Positions 1 through 11,790 of a stretch of DNA of 64,000 nt are shown here, piece after piece. The notes beneath the pieces were generated by a model that saw only the letters and a program-made list of their open reading frames with translations, did not search any database and was not told the origin of the DNA. The stretch is from the human T2T-CHM13v2.0 reference genome, Homo sapiens. The stretch's first letter is position 1. Each line of letters starts with the position of its first letter. Location of the stretch: the NCBI GenBank assembly GCA_009914755.4, contig CP086569.2, forward strand, positions 6,304,001-6,368,000. Direction: 5' to 3'. Made by a program: the position numbers and the translations under genes.

Positions 1-389
1 ATTTGGATTTTGTTATAAAATCTAAGAACACTTTCACTAGCCATAGGACCCAAGGATATTCTACCATGATTTTAATAAAAGTTTTCAGGTGTGTGCTTTA
101 TATTTAGGTCCATGATCTATTTTGAATGGATTTTTACATGAGGGGTAAGGTTTAGGTCAAGGTTTGTATTTTTTCCCCATGGAAGTTTAGCTCCTCTAGT
201 GCCAATAAAAATAGAATTAATACAAAATGCATTATATACAAAAACTGGCTCATGATGTTTCATAGACCTAAATATAAAACTGCAAACTAGACAAATTCAA
301 GGTGAAAATGTAAGAGAAAATGTTTTCCTCTTGGAGTTACAAAAATATATATATTACATATTTTACAAAAAGCATATTCACAGAAGAAT

Positions 390-1440
390 AAATCTAGATA
401 AATTGAACAGTATCCAAACTAAAAACTTCTGCTCTTTCAAATACACTGTTAATAATGGAAAGAAAATTCACACTTTTTCTGGGAGAAAATATTTTCAGAT
501 CATATATCTGACAAGGGACATATAACCAGAATGTATAAAGGACATTCAAATCTCAACATTGTGTAAACAACAATTTTTCAAAAAAGAACAATACATATCA
601 ATGGACATTTGAATAAATTAAATATTCATATGGCAAACGAGAATGTGAAAAATTAACCCCATTAGTTATCAGGGAATTGCCAGGGGAAAAACATGAGATT
701 TCTCCAAACATGCATTAGAATGGCAAAAACATTTTTTTCAATGACATACCAAGCATTGATGAAGATATAGAACAACTGGATCTCTCACATACTGTTGGTC
801 GGAAAGCAAGATTATATTGCTACTTGAGAAAACTGTTTAGTAGTTACTTAGAACATTAATCATACACTTAACATGTTACCTTGTAATCTTACTGCTAGGT
901 GATTTCCCAAGTGAAATAAGATTTTAAGTTCACACACGAAAAACAAACTGTACAATAATTTTTACAACTGCTATATTCATAATTGCCAGAAAACAGAAAC
1001 AACATAATTCCCCTTAATGGGTTAATGAATAAGCAGACAACAGTACATCTATCTATACAACAGAATACTACTCGGCAATTAAGGAATCAACTATGAATAC
1101 ACTCAACAACCAACAACATGGATGAATCTCGAATGTATTCTGTAAAGCAAAAACATACATTAAAAGTGTGTATTATACGTAATTTCATTAATATGACATT
1201 CTTAAATAGATGAAACAATAGGAAGAGAAAACTGATGGGTGGTTGTCAGGTACTGGGGGTAAGAATTGATTACAAAGAGCATAATAAAATGTTTTAGGGT
1301 AATGGAACAAATCTATATCTTGCCTTTTCTGATAGTTATATGGTTGGATATATTTGTCAGCAATCATAGAACTCTATAGGGAAGAGGGTACATTTTACTG
1401 TTTGTAAATTATAATGCCTCTCCAACCCACACACACCCTA
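390..1440 (+). mobile_element. Ancient L1 (L1M-type) ORF2-end/3' UTR fragment
   Basis: Sequence is colinear with old L1M 3' ends: ...gaaaactgatgggtggttgtcaggtactggggg ... gggtacattttactgtttgtaaattataatgcctc matches the L1MB-style terminal motif (tgaattttactgtatgtaaattatacctc). No intact ORF. Confidence 0.5.
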
Positions 1441-1919
1441 AAAATACAACATGAAAGAAAACTCAAAACTTTACCTAATAATCAGGCCAAGCTAGAGAAG
1501 AAACAGATCCTTCATATATTATTTTCCAATACCATTAATTAAGTTTTTTTCATTATTATTTTCTAAAATGTTTGTGGATACACAGTACATGTATATATTT
1601 ATAGGGTATGTGATATATTTTGATAAAGACATGCAATGTGAAATAAGTATATCATGAAGTATGGGGTAACTATCCTGTCAAACATTTATGAGTTATAGAC
1701 AATCAAATTACATTCTTTAAGTTATTCTAAAATATACAATTTTTATTGACTGTAGTCATGCTACTGTGCTATCAAATAGTGGGTCTTATTTATTCTATTT
1801 TTTTTTTGTGCTCATTAATCATCCTCATGTTTTCCTCAAACCCCTGCAACTCTTCCCAGTCTCCAGTAACTATCTTCCTGCTTTCTATGACCGTAATCTC
1901 AATGTTATTTATGTTTAGA

Positions 1920-2750
1920 TCCCATAAATAAGTGGGAACATGCAATGTTTGTCTTTCTGTACCTGGCTTATTTCACTTAACATAATGATCTCCAGTTCCA
2001 TTCATGTTGTTGCAAATGACTGAATTTCATTCTTTTTTATGGCTGAATAGTACTCCATTGTGTATATACACCACATATTTTATTCATTAATCTATTGATG
2101 AACACTTAGGTTGCTTCCAAGTCTTAGCTATTGTAGACAGTGCTGCAACAAACATAGGATTGTGGATGTCTCTATTATATATTGATCTCCAGTTTTGGGG
2201 TATATACTAAGCAGCATGATTATTAGATCATAAGATAGCTCAATTTTTAGTTTTCTGAGAAACATAGGAATGCAGATATTTCTTTGATATAATGATTTTC
2301 TTTCTCTTGGCACATACCCAGCAATGAGATTGCTGGATCATATAGTAGCACAGATTGTTCCCAATGTTTTCTTATGATAATTTCACGGTTCAGTCTTAAA
2401 TGTAAGTCTTTAATTCATTGTGATTCAATTTTTGTATATGGTGAGAAATAAGGGTCTAGTATCATTCTTCTGCATATGAATATCCAATTTTTCCAGAACT
2501 ATTTATTGAGGAGAATTCTGTTTCCCCAGTGTATGTTTTTGGCACCTTTATCAAAAATGAGTTTGCTGTAGGTGTGTGGACTTGTTTTGGGGTTCTCTAT
2601 TCTGTTCCATTGTTCTATGTGTTTTTCATGCCAGTACCATGCTGTTTTGGTTAATATAGATCTGTGGTATAATTTGAAGTGAGATAATATGATTCCTCCA
2701 GTTTCGTTCTTTTTACCTAGGTATGGTGTTTGGTGTTGCTGCAATTTGTT
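1920..2750 (-). mobile_element. Old L1 3' end fragment, antisense
   Basis: Reverse-complement L1 3' UTR/ORF2-end motifs: tatttcacttaacataatgatctccagttccattcatgttgttgcaaatgac..., ttttatggctgaatagtactccattgtgtatatacaccacat..., gatgaacacttaggttgcttccaagtcttagctattgt..., then the ORF2-end region (gttctatgtgtttttcatgccagtaccatgctgttttggtt...). Confidence 0.6.
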
Positions 2751-2799
2751 ATTGTTGCTTTTGTTGCAGCTGCTGCTGTTTATGTCTTTGTGACTTTCC

Positions 2800-3169
2800 T
2801 AAATTAACTCATTAAGATCTGTGTTATGGTTTGAAAGTTTTTGTCCCTCCTACTCCCCACCAAATGCATGTGTTGTAATCTAATCACCAATGCAACAATG
2901 TTAGGAGATGGGATCTTTGAAATATTAGGTCATAATTAGGTCATGAAGGTGGAGTGCTCATGAATAAAATTAGTGATATTATGAAGGAGATCCCAGCAAG
3001 CTTTTTGGCCCTTTCTATCATGAGAGGACACAGAAAGAAGTTGCCATCTATGAAGAAAAATGGTCCCTCGTTAGACAATAAATCTGTTTGTACTGTGATT
3101 TGGACTTCCCAGCCTCCAGAACTGTGAAAAAGACATTTCCGTTTTTTAAAAACCACCCAGACTGAAGTA
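2800..3169 (+). mobile_element. MaLR-type solo LTR (THE1/MST-related older family), 3' part, truncated by the L1 at 3170
   Basis: Shares the family motif block ...ggacttcccagcctccagaactgtgaaaaagacatttccgtttttt aaaaaccacccagactgaagtatttt with the copies at 8160-8530 and, antisense, 15845-16215. Ends abruptly at the poly-T of the inserted L1. Confidence 0.45.
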
Positions 3170-3993
3170 TTTTTTTTAATTATACTTTAAGTTCTGGGGT
3201 ACATGTGCAGAAAGTGCAGTTTTGTTACATAGGTATACATGTGCCATGGTGGTTTGCTGCATCCATCAACCCGACATCTACATTAGGTATTTCACCTAAT
3301 GCTATCCCTCTCCTCGCCCCCCAGCTCCCAACAGGCCCTAGTGTGTGATGTTCTTTTCCCTGTGTCCATGTGTTCTCATTATTCAACTCCCACTTATGAG
3401 TGAGAACATGTGGTGTTTGGTTTTCTGTTCCTGTGCTAGTTGCTGAGAATGATGGTTTCCGGCTTCATCCATGTCCCTGCAAAGGACATGAACTCATCCT
3501 TTTTTTTATTGGCTGCATAGTGTTTCATGGTATATATATGCCATATTTTCTTAATCCAGTCTATCATTGATGGGCATTTGGATTGTTTCCAAGTCTTTGC
3601 TATTGTGAATAGTGCTGCAGTAAACATACGTGTGCATGTGTCTTTATAGTAGAATGATTTATAATCTTTTGGGTATATACCCAGTAATGGGATTGCTGGG
3701 TCAAATGGTATTTCTAGTTCTAGATCCTTGAGGAATCACCACACTGTCTTCCACAATGGTTGAACTAATTTACACTCCCACCAACAGTGTAAAAGCTTTC
3801 CTATTTCTCCACATCCTCTCCAGCATCTGTTGTTTTCTTGACTTTTTAATGATCGCCATTCTAACTGGCATGAGATGGTATCTCATTATGGTTTTGATTT
3901 GCATTTCTCTAATGACCAGTGATGATGAGCTTTTTTCATATGTTTGTTGGCTGCATAAATGTCTTCTTTTGAGAAGTGTCTGTTCATATCCTT
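3170..3993 (-). mobile_element. 5'-truncated L1PA-type insertion (3' UTR plus ORF2 end), antisense
   Basis: Starts with a T-run (3170-3178, antisense poly-A). It is followed by near-consensus antisense L1PA 3' UTR: ttatactttaagttctggggtacatgtgcag ... catcaacccgacatctacattaggtat ... gtgagaacatgtggtgtttggttttctgttcctgtg ... aaggacatgaactcatcc ... cttttgagaagtgtctgttcatatcc. Low divergence means it is relatively young. Confidence 0.85.
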
Positions 3994-6201
3994 CTTGTGC
4001 AAATGTTTGAAGACAATCTGCATTCTTTGTTGCATGTGACCACTGAGGTTACTCCACAGAGCCCTGCTAATGATTAAAGAGACATTTCAGTAAAAATTTT
4101 GAATCAATAATCTCCTAACCCAGAGGGCTCAGCATGCATATTTTAGCATAACTTTGACATTCTATCATATAGTTGGGAGCTCTGCCTTTTCCTTCACTTT
4201 CTGCTTACACAGAGTCTCAAGGCAAGATAGAGGTGAAAGTTTAGGGTTTTCTCAGTTTTCTTTTCTGAGTATATACACAACCTTATGTCTGCGTTTCCTC
4301 CTGGATTCCCATGTATATGTCAGAATATTTCAAAGTCCCATATGTAAATCTTGATTTCTCAGCTTTTCTTTTTAAGTTTTTTTATTCCATTCTTTTTGCC
4401 CCAACTGTTATCTGTATTTCAAAAAACTAGGATGCTAAACCATTTTTATTAATTGTTTCTGACAGACTTCCTTGGGAGAAAGACTGTTTCCATGGAATGA
4501 GATCTTAGGCCAAATAAAGACGAGCTCTGCAATTGAGGCATTACATGTACTGCCAAACAGGTCAAATAATGACAATTCTTCAGAAATGATGCTTTTGCAT
4601 GCTTCAAACATTTTCTACTATTTTCAGTTCCTGTTAGGCTGCTAGCTATTTGTGGAACTGTTGGTTTTCAAGGCCACCATGGAACTGGGGAAAGTGGAAT
4701 CAAAATAGGGAGAGTAAAAATGCCACAAAGCTTGCTCTCCTTATTGAGACATAGGTGTTTCTATTGAATAAGTGTCCCTTGGATTGTTGCAAACATTTAG
4801 TTAATTTCCAGAACTCTGAATAGTTCATTTTGACCATTTTTTCCAGTGGTCTTGTTTTAGTTTTTTATGGAGGAACAGATTTTTGAAGGACTTAACTCCA
4901 CAGTTTCTTCTGGAATCACTTTCTCGATATAAATATTAGAGTAAGATTGTTTGTGTGTTTTTTTTTAAAGCACACACACAAAAACAAGCAAAAAAAACTT
5001 GCTGGAATTTTTATTGGAAATTCTTTAAACTTATAAATCATTTAGGATAAAATTGACATCTTTATCATGCTGATCTTCCATTTTATAGACATGGTATGTC
5101 TTGCCATTTATTTAATTCTTTGTTTATGTCATTAGCATTTTGTAATTGTCAGCATGAAAAACCTTTATGTTTTGTTAAGCCTCCACCTAAGTATTTAATA
5201 TTTTTGGATAGATTATAAATGATACTTCAGTTTTAAAGATGATTTTCATGTAGTCACTATTGGTATATAGAAATGCAGTTGATTATTGTGTGGTAATTGT
5301 GTATGCTGCAGTGTTGCTACACTCAATTATTACTTTTAGTAATTTTTAAACTTCTCTTTAGTAGACTTGTTGAATGTTCCTGCATCTACAATCATGCATA
5401 TGCAAATAAAAATTTCTTTTTTTTCCAGTTTGTATATATATTATCGTTATTCATTTTCCTATTACAGTTGCCAAAAGTTCTAATATCATGTTGAAAAAGA
5501 GTTAGGAGAATGGACATCCTTGCCTTGTCCCTGAAAGTATTCAGGCTTTCACAATTAAGTATGATGTTAGCTCTAATAAATATGATGCTTCAGTGATGTT
5601 AGCATTTGTAGATGCTCTATATCAAGATGTGTAAGTTTTTCTCTCTAATCCTAGCTTGCTGAGTGTTTGTTGGTTTGTTTTGTGTTTTGAATTGTGTTGA
5701 GTTATATAAAATACCTTTCTGTATCAATTTATATAATCACATGAGTTTTCTTCTTCCTTAGACTGTTGATATGATTTATTATGTAGATTGATTCTTGATT
5801 ATTTAACCAGCCTTGCCTGACATAAATTTTCCAGTCATTGTAAATAACTCTGTTTGTATATTGTTGTACTTCATTCACTAGTATTTTGTTAAAGGTTTTT
5901 GTGTTTATCTTCATAAGGCATATTAGTCTTCTTTAAGTTTTCATTTTTGTATAGTTTTTGTCTGGCTTTAGTATCAGGATAATACTTATCTCATAAAATG
6001 AGATGTTTCTTTTTATTACTTTCTCTGGAAAAGATTATTTAAAGTTGAAATGAATATTTACTAGAAACATTTGAAAAATTAAAATCACCTGATCCTGAAG
6101 ATGAACTTTTCAGGAACATTCTACTTATTAATTCACTTTCTTTAAAGGCTGTACAATGAATATGGTTATGTATTTGGTCTTGTTTGAGTTTTGTTAGTCA
6201 T

Positions 6202-6253
6202 GGTCTTGAATTCATGAGTATAAAGTTGGTCTTGAATTCATGAGTATAAAGTT
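6202..6253. repeat. Tandem duplication, 2 x 26 bp (ggtcttgaattcatgagtataaagtt)
   Basis: Two adjacent identical copies read directly from the sequence. Confidence 0.85.
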
Positions 6254-8159
6254 CATTTTAGTGTTTTCTAATTATTATTTTATTTCTTCAGGACCTGTTA
6301 CAATATTCCTCGCTTCTTTCATGATGTTGGTGGTTTGTGACGTCTCTCTTTATTTTCATTTATGGTGTTGGTGGTTTGGATCTTCTCTATTTTTATTAGC
6401 CTTGATGGAAGTTTCTAAATATTATTAATATAAAAATAACTATATTTATTTTCTTCATTATTTTCTGGTTATTTGCCTTGATTTCTGTCCATATTATTAT
6501 TATTTCCTTCTTTTTACTTATACTGTTTACTTTGCTTTCCATTTTCTACTTTCTTGAGGTAGTAACTTAGACTATTGACTTAACTTTCCTATTTTTCTAA
6601 TATAAGCACTCAGTAAGATAAATTTCCCTGTCAACATGGATTTAGCTACATACATCAAGTTTCAGGATGTTGTATTTTCATTTAAATCACACACACAAAC
6701 ACATATATTTTTTTCTTTGTAATTTCCTCTTTGAGAGATGAATTATTTAAAAATGTGTCATTTAGCATCCTCAAGTGTTTAAATATTTTCTTTTGTCTTT
6801 CTGGTATTGATTTCTAGTTTGATACCATTATGATCAGATAAAACAATCTTCATATTTTTTTCTTAAATTTGTTGACTCCAGTTTTATGGCCCAAAATATG
6901 TTCTGTGTTGGTGAATGCTTCATGGTCACTTAAAAATATGTGTATTCTGATGTTAGTAGGTAGAGCATTGTATATATGTCCCTCTTTCTCTTTAAATTTT
7001 CCATGTTATTAAATTTGAAATAATTTTGTAAAAACCATGTATTTGGTTGTTTTTTAAAAATTACTTTACCAATCTCTGTGTTTGTTCTTTTTGATAAATT
7101 TCATTTTTAAAATTGTTTTAGGCTTACAGAAAAATTGAGCAGATAGAACATACAATTCCTATATATCCCACACCCATTTTTTATAATTAATAATTTACAT
7201 TAGTATATTTGTTAAAATAAATGAGCCAATATTGACTTCTTGTTATGAACTAAAGTCTATAGTTTAGATTTCCTTCATTTTTACCTGATGTCTTTTTTTG
7301 TGCTCCAGGATCTCATCCAGGATATAATATCGCTCTATTTGCCATGTCTCTTTAGGTAGCTTTTGGCTGTGGCAGTTTCTTGGACTTTTCTTGGTTTCGA
7401 GGACCTTGGCAATTTTCAGAAGTATTTATCAGGTATTCTGTAGGATGTTCCAATATTGGAATTTGATATTTTTATTATAATAAGACTTGGGATTATGAGT
7501 TCTTGGGAGGAATTCCATGGAGGTGATGTTTCACTTCACCACATCATATCAAAAATACATACTATCAATGAGATTTATGACTGTTAATATTGACTTAATC
7601 ACTTGGCTGAGATAATGTGTGTCAGGTTTCCTGCCTGTAAAATTACTCTTTGATTCTGCAGTTTTCTACTCTTTCATTCTCTTCCATTTTGTAAGACAGT
7701 TACTATGTGGCTTATTGAGTGGGAAGTTATATCTACATAATTTTTTTGGAATTCTGCAATTAAAACTTGTCCTTCATCCACATTTACTAATTTATTCAAT
7801 ACTTTATGTATTTCAGTATGGAAAATTGGCTATTTATTTTATACTTGAGATCTAATCCAATACTACTTTCTCTTGTTGCTCTAATTGTTACTATTTTGGC
7901 AATCAGGAACTTTTCAATTGGTGTTTGTCTGCTTGACATACCTGCATCCATAGACATTTCATAGACTTTTTAAAGCACTTCTTTACTTTTTGGCACTACT
8001 TGATGCTGAAAGCTCATGTTCTATATTTCCTGCCCAAGCCCTAAATTCAGTCATTTCTCCAAGTTTCCCTGTTTTCTTTCTTGAGGAATGTATCAAAAAA
8101 CAAAATTTAAGTGACATGTGTGCTAATTGCTACTGGAATTTTATTGCCTGTAGGCCTTT

Positions 8160-8530
8160 GTTGTTGGCAGATTGCTAGGGTCTGAATGTTTATGCCCCTG
8201 TGAAATTTCTTTGTTGAAATCTTCACCCCTAAGGTAATGCTATTAGAAGGTGGGAACCTTAGAATAATTAGGTGATGGGGACAGAGCCCTCATGAAGGGG
8301 ATCAGTGCCCTTATAAAAGAAATCTGAGAGAGACCCTTTGCCACTTCTGCCATGTGGGTTAGAGTGAGAAGAAGGTTATTTACGAGAAAGTAGCCCTTAC
8401 TAGACGCTGAATCTTCTGGTGCCTTGATCTTAGACTCACCAGCTTTCAGAACTGTAAGAAATAAATTTCTAGTGTTTACAAGCCACCCAGCCTATGGTAT
8501 TTTGTTATAGCATCTGGAATGGACTAAGAC
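8160..8530 (+). mobile_element. MaLR-type solo LTR (THE1/MST-related older family)
   Basis: tgtctgaatgtttatgcccctgtgaaatttctttgttgaaatcttcaccc ... ggtgggaaccttagaataattaggtgatgg ... cttataaaagaaatctgagagagaccc ... ccagctttcagaactgtaagaaataaatttctagtgtttacaagccacccagcctatggtattttgttatagcatctggaatggactaagaca. It has the TG...CA LTR ends and the family motif blocks. Subfamily not determined. Confidence 0.55.
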
Positions 8531-10030
8531 ACAGAACAAGATAATGGGTGGATATGCTAAACTTTGTATATACACATGTCCATTTATATTTCCATATGTC
8601 TCCATCTGTTATCTATATCAAGCTAAACATGAGTTCATATTGATGTTTCCAATTCCAATTGTTACAAAATGGATCATCACCTTGTTTTTCTGTAATCCTC
8701 TATTCAGTGAAAAACCTTGCTCCCATACTATGACATCCATTTATTTAATTGTTCAATTTCATTATATATGTACAGCAATATCCAAATTAATAACATGTAC
8801 CCCTGTGGACATGATTATGTGAACTAGAGTATAGGGCTTATAAATTAAAAAAATTTATTTTTATTTTGGAAAATGCATATAACAAAATGTGGCATTTTAA
8901 TGATTTTTAAGGGTAAAATTTAGTGACATTAATTATATTACTAACGTTGTACAGCTATCATTACTATCTACTTTGAAAATACTTTTAAGAACCCAAACAG
9001 AAAATCCATACCCACTAAGCAATAACCCTATTGCCCCCTCCTTTCAGCCCTTGGCAATGACCATTGTACTTTTAGTCTGTATGAGTTTGCCTTTTCTGGA
9101 TATTTCATTTTAGTGAAATCATAGAATATTTGCTCTTTTGTGTGTGGATTATTTCACTTATTTTTAAAGTTTATTCATTTGTAACATGTATTAAAACTTT
9201 ATTCCTTTTTTTGGTTGAATAATATTCTATTATGTGTATATAACACATTTTGTTTATTCATTCATTTGTTGGTGAATACTTGGGTTATTTCCACCTTCTA
9301 GAAATTGTGAGTCATGCTGCAGTGGACATAGGCATACAATTATCTGAGTTTCTACTTTCTATTGTTTTGGATATATAATCAGAATTTTAATTGCTGGTGC
9401 ATATGGTAATTTTATGTATACTAATTTGAGGAGAATCCATACTGTTTTTCTCAATGGCTACACCATTTTACATTCCCACCAGCAATGCATTATGGGGCAA
9501 TTTATCCACACCAACAGCAACACTTATTATTTTCTAGGTTTTTTTATCTTTTTATTTTATTAATGTTTATCCTAACAGATATGAAATAATATTTCATTGT
9601 GATTTTGATTTACATGCTAATGATTAGTGATGTTGAACAGTATTTCATGTGCTTATGGGCTATCTTGTATCTTTTTTAGATAAATGTCTATTTAAATCCT
9701 TTGTTTATTTTTGAGCTGAAATGTTTAGTTTTTGTGGAGTTGTGGGAATTCCTTATATATTCTGAATATTAATCTCTTATTTTATATATATATATGATTT
9801 GCAAATATTTTCACCATTTTTCTGGGTTGCCTTTTTACTTAGTTGATAGTTTCCTTTGATGTTCGAAGTTTTAAATATTGATTAAGTCCAATTTATCTTT
9901 TTTTGTTGTTGTTTGTGTTTTTTGTGCCATATCCAATATAATTGTCAGATCCAATACCATGAAGTTCTTTTCCTGTATTTTCTTCAAAGAGTTTCATAGT
10001 TTTAGCTCCTACATTTGGGTCTCTGACCCA

Positions 10031-10348
10031 TTTTTGTTGTTGTTGTGGTTGTTATTGTTGTCTGTTTTGAGACAGGGTCTCACTCTGTTGCCCAGGCTGA
10101 AGTGCACTGGCATCATCTAGGCTCATTGCAACCTCGACTCCTGGGTTCAAGCAATCCTCCCACCTCAGCCTCCCCAGTAGCTGGGACCACAGGGATGTGC
10201 CACTGTGCCTGGCTAACTTTTGTAATTTTGTAAAGGTGGGGTTTAGCCATGTGGCCCAAGCTGGTCTTAAACTCCTGGGCTCAAGTGATCTGCTCGCCAT
10301 GGCCTCCCAAAGTGCTGGGATTACAGGTATGAGCCACCATGTCTGACC
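10031..10348 (-). mobile_element. AluS-type SINE, antisense
   Basis: T-rich antisense tail (tttttgttgttgttgtggttgttattgttg), then gagacagggtctcactctgttgcccaggctgaagtgcactggcatcatct...cctcccaaagtgctgggattacaggtatgagccaccatgtctgacc. Dimeric Alu. Possible 7-bp TSD ccatttt on both sides. Confidence 0.9.
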
Positions 10349-11623
10349 TCTTATCCATTTTGAATTAACTTTCATCTATGGCATAGTGTAGGCGTCCAAT
10401 TTCATTCTTTCAAGTGTGGATATTGTTTTCCTAGCACCATTTGTTAAAATGACTATCCTTTTCCTAATTCAATGATCTTGGTAATCTTGTCAAAACTAAT
10501 TTGACTGTAAGCCTAAGATTTGTTTCTGGACTTTTTATGTTCTATTTTGTTGGTCTACATGCCTGTCCTTATGCCAGTATCATGTTGTTTTGATTACAGT
10601 AAATTTGTAGTAAGTCTTAATATTAGGAAACATGACACCTCTAACTTTGTTCTTGTTAAGAATTGTTTTTTCTATTCTGGGTTCGTTGTGGCTACATATG
10701 CATTTTAAGATCAATTTTTTTATTTTGTCAAAAAACATCATTGGCAATTTGATAGGAAGTGGGTAGTATTCACATCTTAGCAACATTAATCCTCCCAATC
10801 CATGTAGATGGAATTTTTCCATTTATTTGTTTTCTTTAATTTCTCTCCACCATGTTTTGCAGTTTTCAGTGGACAAGTCTTTTGCTTTCTTGATTAAGTT
10901 TATTGTTAAGTATTACATTCTTTTTGATGCTATTGTAAAGGGAATTATTTTCTTAATTTCCTTTTTGGCTTGTTGTTAGTGTAGAGAAACAATACTGATT
11001 TTTATATGTTTTGCTCATTTGTAATTAAGTTGTTTAGTTGTATATTATTCAGTTGTAAGTGTTGTATATTTTGAATATAATTTTTTACTTGATATATACT
11101 TTGTAAATATTTTCTTCTAATCTATGTGTTCTCCTTTGATTATATTAACAGAGTCTTTCACAGAGAAGACATTTTTAATTTTAGCAATTTATGTCTTTTG
11201 TTTAGTAAATTTAGATCTTTTATATTTAAGGTAATTATTGTTGTGTTAGTGTTTTAGTTTGCCTCTTAATTATTTGTTTTATGTTACCTCTGTTTTTCAT
11301 TTCAATTTTACCTTGTCTTAATTGTCTTTGGCTTGCTTGAATATTTTTGAGGACCCCAACATTATTTTATATAGAACTCCTAAGCAAATCAGTTAGTATA
11401 TACTTTTATTAGGGGTTGTTCTAGGTATCGAATTATACATGTAACTTATTACAGTCTACTAGCATAAATATTTTATTTCTTCATGCGAAGCGTGAAAACC
11501 TTACTTTAAGTTCCTTTTAGTGTCTCACTTTAAATTATCATTTTCATGACAATAGATCATGTTATAATTTTTCAGAAAAAATAAAATTTTTATAACTTAT
11601 AAGGAAAAAATATTTTTATGCCA

Positions 11624-11790
11624 TTTTTTTTTTGAGACAGAGTCTCTGTCACCTATGCTGAAGTGCAGTGGCATAATCTCATCTCACTGCAACCTCTGCC
11701 TCTCAGGTTCAAGCGATTCTCCTGACACAACCTCCTGAGTAGCTGGGATTACAGATGCCTGCAACCTTGCCTGTATGCCAATTTTTTTGC
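11624..11790 (-). mobile_element. Truncated Alu (right arm only), antisense
   Basis: tttttttttgagacagagtctctgtcacctatgctgaagtgcagtggcataatctcatctcactgcaacctctgcctctcaggttcaagcgattctcctgacacaacctcctgagtagctgggattacagatgcctgcaacc. The Alu match is lost after about 165 bp. Confidence 0.8.

Noticed and set aside
10052-10375. 107-aa minus-strand ORF (and 10045-10233 plus ORF)
   Set aside because: Entirely within the AluS at 10031-10348. Alu-derived ORFs of this kind are ubiquitous artefacts.
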